Source of the DNA: Candidatus Poribacteria bacterium
GTDB taxonomy: Bacteria > Poribacteria > WGA-4E > WGA-3G
Direction: 5' to 3'
Assembly (NCBI GenBank): GCA_965205015.1
Contig: OZ242029.1
Coordinates: 5,376,001 to 5,440,000, forward strand
Length of the DNA: 64,000 bases
Shown here: in pieces, positions 48,558 through 57,039 of the stretch
Layout of the letters: each line of letters opens with the position of its first letter
Position numbering within the stretch: the first letter of the stretch is position 1
Translations under genes and position numbers: made by a program
The notes under the pieces: model-generated
The model's input: only the letters and a program-made list of their open reading frames with translations
Told to the model about the DNA's origin: nothing
Database searches by the model: none

Positions 48558-48986
48558 CTATTCTATCGTCAGACACTCATGTTTGGATGTAATTTCAAAG
48601 TGTTTGACAATCCCATTAACATGGACGCTATAACGCCCTGGGAGGAGGCTTCCGAGTGCAAAATACACGGTTTCGTCCCACACAACCGTTGGACAATCAC
48701 CGGGGGCATCCGGGTGAGGTTCTGACGCCTGAACGGTAAGGTAATAGGTATTGCCGCCTTCCCATAAAAGCTCTGTGTCGTGGTAGTTTCTGCACCCATC
48801 GAGAGGTATTGTATACTTAACAAGAACGTATGCCGGTCTCTCAGATGTGGCATACACTTTGACGGAATCTTCATAGACGGGTGCCTCCGTAATAACGGGA
48901 TCATATCTCTCACATCCGGCGGACATGAATAAAATCATGCCTATGAGTCCGAAAAAAAGCGTGGTAACCACCTGTTTTCTATTCAT
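48558..48986 (-). CDS. Hypothetical lipoprotein
   Basis: Lipobox SAGC; DGC...C...LGSLLPGRYSVHVNG pattern; AAGGAG RBS. Confidence 0.7.
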   Translation of the reverse strand: MNRKQVVTTLFFGLIGMILFMSAGCERYDPVITEAPVYEDSVKVYATSERPAYVLVKYTIPLDGCRNYHDTELLWEGGNTYYLTVQASEPHPDAPGDCPTVVWDETVYFALGSLLPGRYSVHVNGIVKHFEITSKHECLTIE

Positions 48987-49001
48987 CGTGATTTTTGCTC
49001 C

Positions 49002-49351
49002 TTAGAAGAGTTCGGTGCATAGAGCAGGAGTGGTGAGTGCCTGATAGTTGAGTGCCTGGGTTCCATCCGTCCAGGTGATCGTCAATACGGACAATTTTGG
49101 GGGAAAAGGACCCGTAATGTCGCTGTATTGCCGGGAACCGTAACCGTTCCAGCACTCACTGTGACATCATGCGGGGCATTATCGAAGATAACCGTAAGTG
49201 TATCACGCATGGGGGAACACGGGTAACCGGGTGGGAGCGCGCTGACGATGTTCGCAATGGGCGTGACTTCTTTAATGGCACGGGAGCAAGCGATGAGCGT
49301 TGTCAGAAAAAGTACTGCAAGGAGTGCAGTCGTGATCCGGATATATTTCAT
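49002..49351 (-). pseudogene. Frameshifted Ig-like lipoprotein
   Basis: Lipobox LIAC. After GNTAT the likely protein continues in another frame (TGPFPP..LTITWTDGTQALNY..*). Confidence 0.55.
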
Positions 49352-49740
49352 ATCGTAGGACCTTCCTTTTCGATTGAAGTGCATACGCTTATTTAGACCA
49401 CAATTTCGCAAATTTAATCCAAGTTTTGTTGCTCGAATTCCATAGGTGTCAAATACCCTAACGCCGAATGTGGACGTTTCTGATGATACACCTGTGTGAT
49501 AAAATGCCCAATGCGGACTCTCGCTTTGATTGGTTCTCCATCCGGGACTCCTTCCAGTGAGAGTGTGATTGTAGCATAATCTTATATTGGAGAGTGGTCT
49601 AAATTTCCGGTGGCAGTACAGAGTCTCATAATGAGGCAGGTGCGGTTAGGGGATTTAGTCTGGGAATAGACTAAATCCGTTTCTTGTATTACATTCCGCA
49701 CCTGCCTTAGATTAGGGAAAACTGGTTCTGTGAATAATTA

Positions 49741-50958
49741 TTACGCATCAATGGCGTGGCCGAATTTTTGGCGGTATTCGTCGTGGACCATCTGCTCATA
49801 ACCCGTCGTTTCCGTTATCGGGAGGTCGATGGGCATCATGCCTGTCCGTGAGGATTCGTATAGCGCGATACACATCTCCACATCTTTTCTGCCGCCGATC
49901 CCGTATTCCGGTGGTTCGCCTGTAAGTGCTGCCCTCGCTGTCGTCATAATCTCCTCAGCAGTGCCGACGTTCCAATCGTCTATCGCATACGTTCTGAAAG
50001 GATTTTCATAGGTAATCTGTGGGTCGGTATGCACAACGATTCTCGAAAGAACATCTACACCATCAACCTGATGTCGTTCCGTTTCGATTGGGATGTCTTT
50101 CATTTCACCGTTGACGAGGGCACGCAGCGGAAAATCGGCTGTCCAGAAATCAACGTCTGTGATCACACCCTTCGTTCCCATAATCTGTCTGTACTTAATC
50201 GTCTCCTCTCCGACTTGGGAGGTTTCATAGATCCCGACAGCACCACTTTCAAATTCAATGATTGCGTGTCCCCAATCTTCGTAAACGTTGTTGTTGGAAC
50301 TCGGCGCGAATTGCTTGGTAATTCCTGTAATTCTTTTCGGTTCGCTTTGGGCATAAAACCGAATCTGGGACATCCGATGAACACCCATGTCGATGCAAAC
50401 GCCGGAGTGGGACGTAAATGTTGAGATAGGAGATTCTATGCCGCGCGGCTTTCCGGCACCGTCCACAAACGGTCTACGTCCGAAAGGTTCGATAAAGTGA
50501 ACCCGCGCAATGTCACCAAGAATACCCTCCTGAATGAGTTTGATGATGATGCGATCCCCCGGCATCCGAAAATAGTTTTCGGCGACCTCAAAGTGAACCC
50601 CATTTTTTCTGCAGCTGTCTATGATCACATCACAACAGGCGAGGGTCGGTGCCATCGGTTTTTCAACGATCGGATGCATCTTGCGTTCAGCGGCGATCTT
50701 CGCGACTGTATGGTGTTCATAGTCACCGGTGCTGATGTCTACAACGTCGATGTCCCTGTGTTTCTCCAGCATCTCTTCGACGTCCGTATAGTACGGGAGC
50801 CCGTATTTTTCACCGGCTTCGCGGGCGGTATCCGCGTCTACATCGCAGACGGCGATGTAATCCAGATCCCCTCTTTTCGTCAATTCGGCGATTGTCGGCA
50901 GATGCCAGCGTTTCGCGACCCAACCGCAACCCACGGATGCAATCTTGGCTTTCCGCAT
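49741..50958 (-). CDS. Gfo/Idh/MocA family oxidoreductase
   Basis: VGCGWVA, VEKPMA, AENY, DMGVH. Confidence 0.92.
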   Translation of the reverse strand: MRKAKIASVGCGWVAKRWHLPTIAELTKRGDLDYIAVCDVDADTAREAGEKYGLPYYTDVEEMLEKHRDIDVVDISTGDYEHHTVAKIAAERKMHPIVEKPMAPTLACCDVIIDSCRKNGVHFEVAENYFRMPGDRIIIKLIQEGILGDIARVHFIEPFGRRPFVDGAGKPRGIESPISTFTSHSGVCIDMGVHRMSQIRFYAQSEPKRITGITKQFAPSSNNNVYEDWGHAIIEFESGAVGIYETSQVGEETIKYRQIMGTKGVITDVDFWTADFPLRALVNGEMKDIPIETERHQVDGVDVLSRIVVHTDPQITYENPFRTYAIDDWNVGTAEEIMTTARAALTGEPPEYGIGGRKDVEMCIALYESSRTGMMPIDLPITETTGYEQMVHDEYRQKFGHAIDA

Positions 50959-51002
50959 TCCTTGTCTCCTTCACTCTTACTAAACTACGGTTTCCTATTC
51001 TA

Positions 51003-51926
51003 ACCCAAGTTGCCAGTTAGTAGGTAGTTGTAAATCCATGGGACCTCCTTTATAGTGTTTTTATACATAAAAAACTCAAAGGAGTATCCCATGGACTTGA
51101 CTATTGTAGAAGTTTACACGATTTGTGACGACTTTTTAATCGCAGCAGGCCACCAAGAGCATCCCTTGGCTAAAATGTCAGATGCTGAAGTCATGACGAC
51201 CGCTCTGATTGCCGCAAGATACTTTGGCGGGAATCAACACACGGCTTGTGCCGCCTTGAAAACCCTTGGATATATTCCAAACATGTTAGGACACTCGCGA
51301 TATAATCGCAGACTTCATCGGATCCGTGGTGTGTTTCAAACGCTGTTTGAACACTTCGCAGAGATATTCAAAGCAGAGAATCCGAATCAGATTTATAGCA
51401 TTGATACGTATCCGGTTTCCGTCTGCGACCCCATTCGCATTTCACGCTCACGCTTGTATCAAGGCGAAGCCTGGCGAGGAAGGATCGCAAGTAAACATCG
51501 CTATTTTTATGGTCTCAAGGCACATCTGATGGTCACTGAAGCCGGACATATCGTTGAAGCGTTCTTCACACCGGGACGTTGCAGTGATGTGCGAGGCTTA
51601 CGGTGTTATGGGTTCGATTTACCGCCGGGAGCCGTCGTCTATGCGGATAAGGCGTATTGCGATTATGCCATCGAAGATGCTTTACAAGAAGCAAGGATTA
51701 CGTTGAAACCCTTACGCAAGAAGAACGCCAAGCGTCAATATCCACCGTGGGAAGTTTATCTGCAACACACCTATCGCAAGCGTGTTGAGACTTCAAACAG
51801 TCTCATTGAACAGTTGCTCCCTAAGTCGATTCATGCGGTGACCCCTGCTGGATTTGAGTTGAAGGTCTTTTTGTTTATCATCGCTACTAATATCAAACAA
51901 CTTTTTACATAGGTAGCAACTTGGGT
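51003..51926 (+). mobile_element. IS982-family insertion sequence (left copy)
   Basis: Terminal inverted repeats ACCCAAGTTGCCA ... GTAGCAACTTGGGT around an intact transposase. Confidence 0.9.
51091..51912 (+). CDS. IS982-family DDE transposase
   Basis: MSDAEVMT, SRYNRR, IDTYP, YFYGLKAH, YADKAY, RKRVET. Confidence 0.92.
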   Translation: MDLTIVEVYTICDDFLIAAGHQEHPLAKMSDAEVMTTALIAARYFGGNQHTACAALKTLGYIPNMLGHSRYNRRLHRIRGVFQTLFEHFAEIFKAENPNQIYSIDTYPVSVCDPIRISRSRLYQGEAWRGRIASKHRYFYGLKAHLMVTEAGHIVEAFFTPGRCSDVRGLRCYGFDLPPGAVVYADKAYCDYAIEDALQEARITLKPLRKKNAKRQYPPWEVYLQHTYRKRVETSNSLIEQLLPKSIHAVTPAGFELKVFLFIIATNIKQLFT

Positions 51927-52075
51927 TATTATAACACAAACACTGGGTGTCTGCAACTTTTTGAGGAGTGCCACCCGCCACCGAGCGACAGCATCTGGTA
52001 CGGGATGCACTGTTCGATGCGCAATTTCACCCGATCAAACGGCACCTGTGGCTGGGGTGGGAAAAAATCATCTTT

Positions 52076-53023
52076 CTATTGTGGATAGACATACAGATGA
52101 AACACATCGCCGGGCGCGATATCCTCACCCATCAGGCGCAAATCTTTCGATTGCTCCTGCGTGATGTCGACATGCTGGATATAGGCGTAATTCCCGCTAT
52201 AACGGAGGTCGGCGTGCGTGAACTCGATCCGCCGACCGAACCGGTTGCGGCGGTGCGGGGCAGAACGTTGCGTCCACGCGAGCCGAAACGCTGCTGGCAA
52301 CCCATCTTGGATGCGTTGACCCGCTGCTGCCCGCAATGTGAGACCGTTTACATCATAGGCAAGACCGGTAAGCGTGAGACTGTAGAGGCGTGTTGACCCT
52401 GACCAGAAATAGCCCGTCTCTGCGATTGCGGTGAACTCTACAGCGTCGTTGTGAGAGGGGTTCGCGCTCGTATCCGCGGGGATACTGCGCTCTACAGGCG
52501 TGTTGTCTATCGGTCTGCCGTCTGTCGAAGCGTTTTGATACATCAATGAGATTTCCCACGTGTTTTCACGCAACTTCAACGCGTCGGTAAAGATAAATCT
52601 GACGTTCTCGTGTCTGCCGACACCAAAACGCTGGAAATCCGATTCGTTTCGGAAGTTCAAAAAGAAGTAGATGAACTGCGGAATCCCGTTATGCGTCCAG
52701 CGGGTCGCATGGGGCGGGTGAGAGCCCGTGCTCAGGCGCACCCACCGATTCTCCCGTTCAGAACGTCTCACACGCCGAGACCTATACAAAACCTCACACG
52801 CTGCGAGTCTGAATTCCTCGCCGGCTATGTCGTCGATACCGACAGCGTGTTTCGCGGCATACGGAAAAATCAACTCGTCAATCGTGATCGCATCGGGCGT
52901 CCATGAGGGTGCAGCGGGGACAGTCTCATCAGTCAGTGGCAGGGTCCTATTGACAACCCCTTCGTCACCGCAGCCTGATAGCAATGTGATGAAAAAAAGG
53001 CACGTGAAAAAGTTGCGTAACAT
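52076..53023 (-). CDS. Hypothetical lipoprotein (transposon cargo)
   Basis: Lipobox LSGC, GGAGG RBS; no recognisable domain. Confidence 0.7.
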   Translation of the reverse strand: MLRNFFTCLFFITLLSGCGDEGVVNRTLPLTDETVPAAPSWTPDAITIDELIFPYAAKHAVGIDDIAGEEFRLAACEVLYRSRRVRRSERENRWVRLSTGSHPPHATRWTHNGIPQFIYFFLNFRNESDFQRFGVGRHENVRFIFTDALKLRENTWEISLMYQNASTDGRPIDNTPVERSIPADTSANPSHNDAVEFTAIAETGYFWSGSTRLYSLTLTGLAYDVNGLTLRAAAGQRIQDGLPAAFRLAWTQRSAPHRRNRFGRRIEFTHADLRYSGNYAYIQHVDITQEQSKDLRLMGEDIAPGDVFHLYVYPQ

Positions 53024-53181
53024 GATGTTGCCTCCAGTTCGGTTAGGGTGGGGGTTGTAACCTCACCTGTTGGGGTATTTCATGAGTGTGTTGCCCCGGG
53101 ATCTTCACCGCACATCGCACTATGCTGGGACGGGCTCAGATCGGTACTATCGTCGGGCACAGGCCCAGGGGTCAATATGTT

Positions 53182-53278
53182 CTTTCATATACGCACAGGT
53201 TCGATTAAAAGGTGGTGAAACGGCTTCTACAGATGCCGGAGGACACGCGTTTCAATTCCAAACGGGTTCAATGAGAAG
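53182..53278 (-). CRISPR. Orphan minimal CRISPR unit: two divergent 30-nt repeats and one 37-nt spacer
   Basis: Minus strand CTTCTCATTGAACCCGTTTGGAATTGAAAC, spacer, CTTTTAATCGAACCTGTGCGTATATGAAAG. The repeats are 20/30 identical ungapped; the ATTGAAAC end is typical of class 1 (I-B-like) repeats. No cas genes in the window. Confidence 0.6.
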
Positions 53279-53309
53279 CCCCAAAGGCAATCTTTTAGAC
53301 GTATCCATC

Positions 53310-53504
53310 TCAAGATTTTCTATATTTTCGGATCAACGCCCCGATACCATAGCAGATCGGCACCCAGACAGCCGTTGCTATCAAATACATTGGCCATCTC
53401 TCAATCGAGTAGATGAAGCCAACAACCCATGTCACGATTGCAACCGTTTTCATCCATCTTTGCTTGAAGGCGACAAAAAGAACCACAGAAATCAGAAAAA
53501 TCAC
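53310..53504 (-). CDS. 64-aa hydrophobic membrane peptide with basic C-terminus
   Basis: TAAGGAG RBS 9 nt before GTG; up to three short hydrophobic segments; ends RKYRKS. Confidence 0.55.
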   Translation of the reverse strand: MIFLISVVLFVAFKQRWMKTVAIVTWVVGFIYSIERWPMYLIATAVWVPICYGIGALIRKYRKS

Positions 53505-53570
53505 GCCAAAAAACTCCTTACGTGCTAAAGACGCTCGCGAAAAACGAGATTTATACAGGATTCGCCTGTC

Positions 53571-53651
53571 GCCTGCTAAAACCGCTTTCCACGGCGGTGG
53601 ATAGCACTCGCAACGGAGATTGTTGCGAGGTGGAAACGCTATCCAACAGGC
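53571..53651 (-). ncRNA. Structured RNA (four stems plus pseudoknot) directly downstream of a consensus promoter
   Basis: GCCTG/CAGGC, GGATAGC/GCTATCC, CTCGCAAC/GTTGCGAG and ACCGC/GCGGT; bulge TTTCCAC is complementary to loop GTGGAAA. Confidence 0.6.
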
Positions 53652-53660
53652 TTATGTCGT

Positions 53661-53690
53661 ATTATACACTGTTTGCGGGGGAACCGTCAA
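53661..53690 (-). promoter_or_regulatory. Sigma70-type promoter
   Basis: TTGACG-18 nt-TATAAT preceded by an A-rich UP-like tract. Confidence 0.75.
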
Positions 53691-53705
53691 GTTTTTGTTT
53701 TATAA

Positions 53706-56700
53706 TCACTGATATGCTTCGTTGTCAAGTAAAGCCAAGTACAACTTATAGAACGCCACGCTTTCTTGAAGTCTCGATCCTGTTAACATTTCATGGAGAG
53801 AATTAATCAAACGTTCGAGAGACTTCGGATCATTCTGCGAACTGCGCAGACTTCTAAACACTTCAAGTGTTTGCTTCCTAAAGTTGTCAAATGCCACTGA
53901 ATTCTCAGCCAATTTTCCCCAATATTGTTCATCGTCAGGAAAAGATTCGATAATTCCACTATCTCCAAGAACATTGGTCGTTAACGTCCCAATGGGTAAA
54001 GCCCCATTTTCTTTCGGGCTAATATTCCCCACCGGTTTTATATGTTCAAAGTAGCCTGATACCTCCTGATTGATCGGGTGAAATAACTCCCGACAGGCTC
54101 GCCAGTGCAACTTTATCTCCTCCAACCGTTGGCTAAATCGACGTTCTTCCTCAATCGCATCCAAATCGAACTTATCAGAATTTTTATCAATGTGAACGGG
54201 GTCTTCATCTCCATTTCGATACCTATCCTGAGCTTTATCATAGGCTTCCTTGAGTTGCTTGCTAACAAGAATATCGTTAATGGTGTAGCCAGCTTCCATC
54301 AGATAAAGCACCTGGAGGCTTGGGACAGGAAAATTACCTTCGAATTCCGCTTGTGTTTTAAATCTCAAATCTTCGTCGTCATTCTCAGGTTGAGCAAAGA
54401 GATAGCGGAAAAGTCTTGTTGTGCCACCTTGTTGCTCGAATTTTAATCGGTAGTTCTCATAGTTGGGAGTGAATTCTTGATAAGGACTTGAACGCTTATG
54501 GGCATCCTTGTCAAAAGAAAAATTGGCAAAAGAAAAATTGGGCGCAACTTCATTAAAAGATTCTCTTAACATATCTCTTACAGCCCACTTGAAAGCATCA
54601 GGTTCAGCCCTGAGTAGGAGATCAATTAACTTTTCAAGCGGTGTTTCCGAAAGGACGCGCTGCCCTAAAACATGAGCTACATTTTTGTCTGAGAAATTGC
54701 GATCTGATCCTACAATTAAACCAAATGCTTGCTCGATAGCAGCGATTTCCGTTGCTACGTTGCTGAGTAAGCCATCAATCTCCGCCAACATACGCTCAAA
54801 AGTTATTGAAATCCAGTGATTAACGAGCCTATCATGATACTCCTGTTGAAGCCACTTCAGTGCCGGTTCAAGTTTATCAATATCAATAACGTCCCGATTT
54901 CGTTTATCCCTTCCAAAGATTCCTGTGCTAATCTCTTCAGTTGCAATAGCACCGTCCACGGCATTATCCGCATCTGTTTTGAGATTAGGATCCGCTGCAG
55001 AGTTCAACCCTTTCTGATTTTTTTCAATAAGGTTTTTAACCTCGCGAAGAAAATCTGACTTTGGCTTGAGTTGACAATACCCCTTGAGATTTCTCAACTT
55101 TTGGTCCAAGTCTTTACGAAATTGACGACGATACTGGTCACTATTTTTTTCAAAGACAGTACCATATGCTCCCTTAGGCGTCCATGAATGTAAATAAGAC
55201 TCAGCTTTCATCTTGGCTGTTTTGCGATCATGTGGATCAAATTTAGGAACGGAGGGGTTAATGGCGTCGTCGGTTTGAGAAATTTTTGCTCTTACATCGT
55301 CGAAAGAAACCAGTGTATTCGGGTCAGCAACACCACCTGCAGGGGGACTTTTTCTCCAGCGATCGCGAAGTATCCGAGTAAACCCTTCAACAGTAGAGGT
55401 AATGGTTGAATATTTAGGTTTCCCAGTGATCTCTACCCCAGAACTGAACATGTACTGGACAAATTCCCCACCCTGCCTCACTTGTCCAAAACGATAGTCC
55501 CGCTTTGGGACATTTGCAAGATCTGCTTCAATGCGTGCATCAATCCCAAGACTCCGAGCGAAGAGGTCCTTCGCTGCCATTTTACTAAGTTGTTCCCTCT
55601 CAAACAAACCTTCTGAGTTTACACAATTCCAGCTTTCCATATTGGTAGCAGAAAGGAATGTGGCAACGTGAAATGGGGCTTCGTATGTGTTAATGTAAGA
55701 ACCATTAGGGAACCGAACTTCATACCGCGTTTCAGGGCGTTTATAGTAGTCTAACTCAACGAGACTTGCGTAGCAGTTTGCTAACAAAATAGCCGAGTCG
55801 CCACCTAAAGCAAGTCCCTCATTATACATTGTAAAGATACCGTAAATTCGAGTATCCGCATTTCCGATGTGCCGGAAGTAATAAGCAATGTCCAACAACA
55901 TCCCGCTGCATGTTCCACCGCAGAGGGTTCCCACAAGAAACACGTTGTGTTTCTGATTATCAACATTGATTGCGCTATTGAAATGGTTCTTTAGAAATCT
56001 CTCGGCTTCGTTCTTATGATCTGGGTGTAAGAAAGCATGATATGCCTGAGTGAGTTTGGGTCTAACCGTATTATTCCATTTTTCCCAGAGCGATAAGCGC
56101 CCTGCCATTCGGAGGTTCCCGGCACCCGCACCCGCAAGCTTTACAGATTCGCTATCCAATATCCTTTTATCCAGCCATTTCGCTAGATATTTATCGTATA
56201 CCGGACTCTCTGGGTCTATTCTTTCACGGATCGGATCGGTATACGGGATAGATGTGTGGACAACATCATTAACTTCGTACGGCTTTGGCTTCAATCCTTC
56301 CTGAATTTTAGGGACGCCGCTTTCATACCAACCTTGAATACGATTCTCACCATCCAAGTGAAGATCTTTGCCATTATTCGTCTCATCGGTCTCAATGGAT
56401 ACATATCTGAAAATAGGAAGTCCTGCCTGTCCATATTCGTTAAGGTTAAGTTCCCGAAGATTCGTTAGAATTTCGACACCTGTTGTTCCTAACCCTACAT
56501 ACAACGTCGGTCTGATTTCCATATTCGCACCTCTATTTACAACGGACTTTGGGGCATTTTCAGAAGATGACTGCCCCTCTGCTTGTATAAAATTATCTTC
56601 TCCCAACACTGCTGTCTCAAATTGAAACTGTGTCATCGGTAAAAAACGACCGTCCCCTTGATTCTCAAAGTATTCCCAATGACTCGGACCTGCTTGCGTA

Positions 56701-57008
56701 TTGGCGAATATCCCATAACGCGTCGCTGTTACGTTAAGGTAAGCCTTTAACTGATCGGGACCGTCTCCGGTGACGCCCTCCCTCTTGCACTCTACAATAA
56801 CATCAAGAAGGACAGGAGGGCTTTTGCCTATATTTTCAGCCTCGATCCTATTTTTTTCCGCAATCAGCACAACATCGGCAGACCCTCGAGAACTAAAACT
56901 CTGAATTTGATGTTCGCACTTGGAATAAAAATCCCTGAATTTGGGTTCATTGAAATAGTTTACAACAACATCAACGACTTTAGCTTCCAGAGGCAGTTTC
57001 TCTTTCAT
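53706..57008 (-). CDS. Fusion of an HsdR-N-like PD-(D/E)xK nuclease domain and a tubulin-like (Tubulin_2/FtsZl) GTPase with helical C-terminus
   Basis: N-terminus ADVVL...IVECKR...QLKAYL..TRYGIFAN; then PTLYVGLGTTG, GAGNLRMAGRL, VGTLCGGTCSGMLLDIAY, ANCYASLVEL. Confidence 0.8.
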   Translation of the reverse strand: MKEKLPLEAKVVDVVVNYFNEPKFRDFYSKCEHQIQSFSSRGSADVVLIAEKNRIEAENIGKSPPVLLDVIVECKREGVTGDGPDQLKAYLNVTATRYGIFANTQAGPSHWEYFENQGDGRFLPMTQFQFETAVLGEDNFIQAEGQSSSENAPKSVVNRGANMEIRPTLYVGLGTTGVEILTNLRELNLNEYGQAGLPIFRYVSIETDETNNGKDLHLDGENRIQGWYESGVPKIQEGLKPKPYEVNDVVHTSIPYTDPIRERIDPESPVYDKYLAKWLDKRILDSESVKLAGAGAGNLRMAGRLSLWEKWNNTVRPKLTQAYHAFLHPDHKNEAERFLKNHFNSAINVDNQKHNVFLVGTLCGGTCSGMLLDIAYYFRHIGNADTRIYGIFTMYNEGLALGGDSAILLANCYASLVELDYYKRPETRYEVRFPNGSYINTYEAPFHVATFLSATNMESWNCVNSEGLFEREQLSKMAAKDLFARSLGIDARIEADLANVPKRDYRFGQVRQGGEFVQYMFSSGVEITGKPKYSTITSTVEGFTRILRDRWRKSPPAGGVADPNTLVSFDDVRAKISQTDDAINPSVPKFDPHDRKTAKMKAESYLHSWTPKGAYGTVFEKNSDQYRRQFRKDLDQKLRNLKGYCQLKPKSDFLREVKNLIEKNQKGLNSAADPNLKTDADNAVDGAIATEEISTGIFGRDKRNRDVIDIDKLEPALKWLQQEYHDRLVNHWISITFERMLAEIDGLLSNVATEIAAIEQAFGLIVGSDRNFSDKNVAHVLGQRVLSETPLEKLIDLLLRAEPDAFKWAVRDMLRESFNEVAPNFSFANFSFDKDAHKRSSPYQEFTPNYENYRLKFEQQGGTTRLFRYLFAQPENDDEDLRFKTQAEFEGNFPVPSLQVLYLMEAGYTINDILVSKQLKEAYDKAQDRYRNGDEDPVHIDKNSDKFDLDAIEEERRFSQRLEEIKLHWRACRELFHPINQEVSGYFEHIKPVGNISPKENGALPIGTLTTNVLGDSGIIESFPDDEQYWGKLAENSVAFDNFRKQTLEVFRSLRSSQNDPKSLERLINSLHEMLTGSRLQESVAFYKLYLALLDNEAYQ

Positions 57009-57039
57009 AAGTATCCTTCACCTTTATTTACTAAAGTTT

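Noticed and set aside
49505-49570. Riboswitch-like structure upstream of the lipoprotein cluster (ACTCTC/GAGAGT, CCAAT/ATTGG)
   Set aside because: It resembles ZTP or glycine aptamers only superficially; the conserved cores are missing and the stems are short.
53117-53146. Possible third CRISPR repeat (ACGGGCTCA core at roughly the right period)
   Set aside because: Only about 11 of 30 nt match the best repeat, which cannot be distinguished from chance.
53629-53639. Possible self-target of the mini-CRISPR spacer (GCGTGTCCTCC versus GCGTTTCCACC in the structured RNA)
   Set aside because: A 9/11 match with mismatches in the seed and no convincing extension or PAM; too weak to claim.
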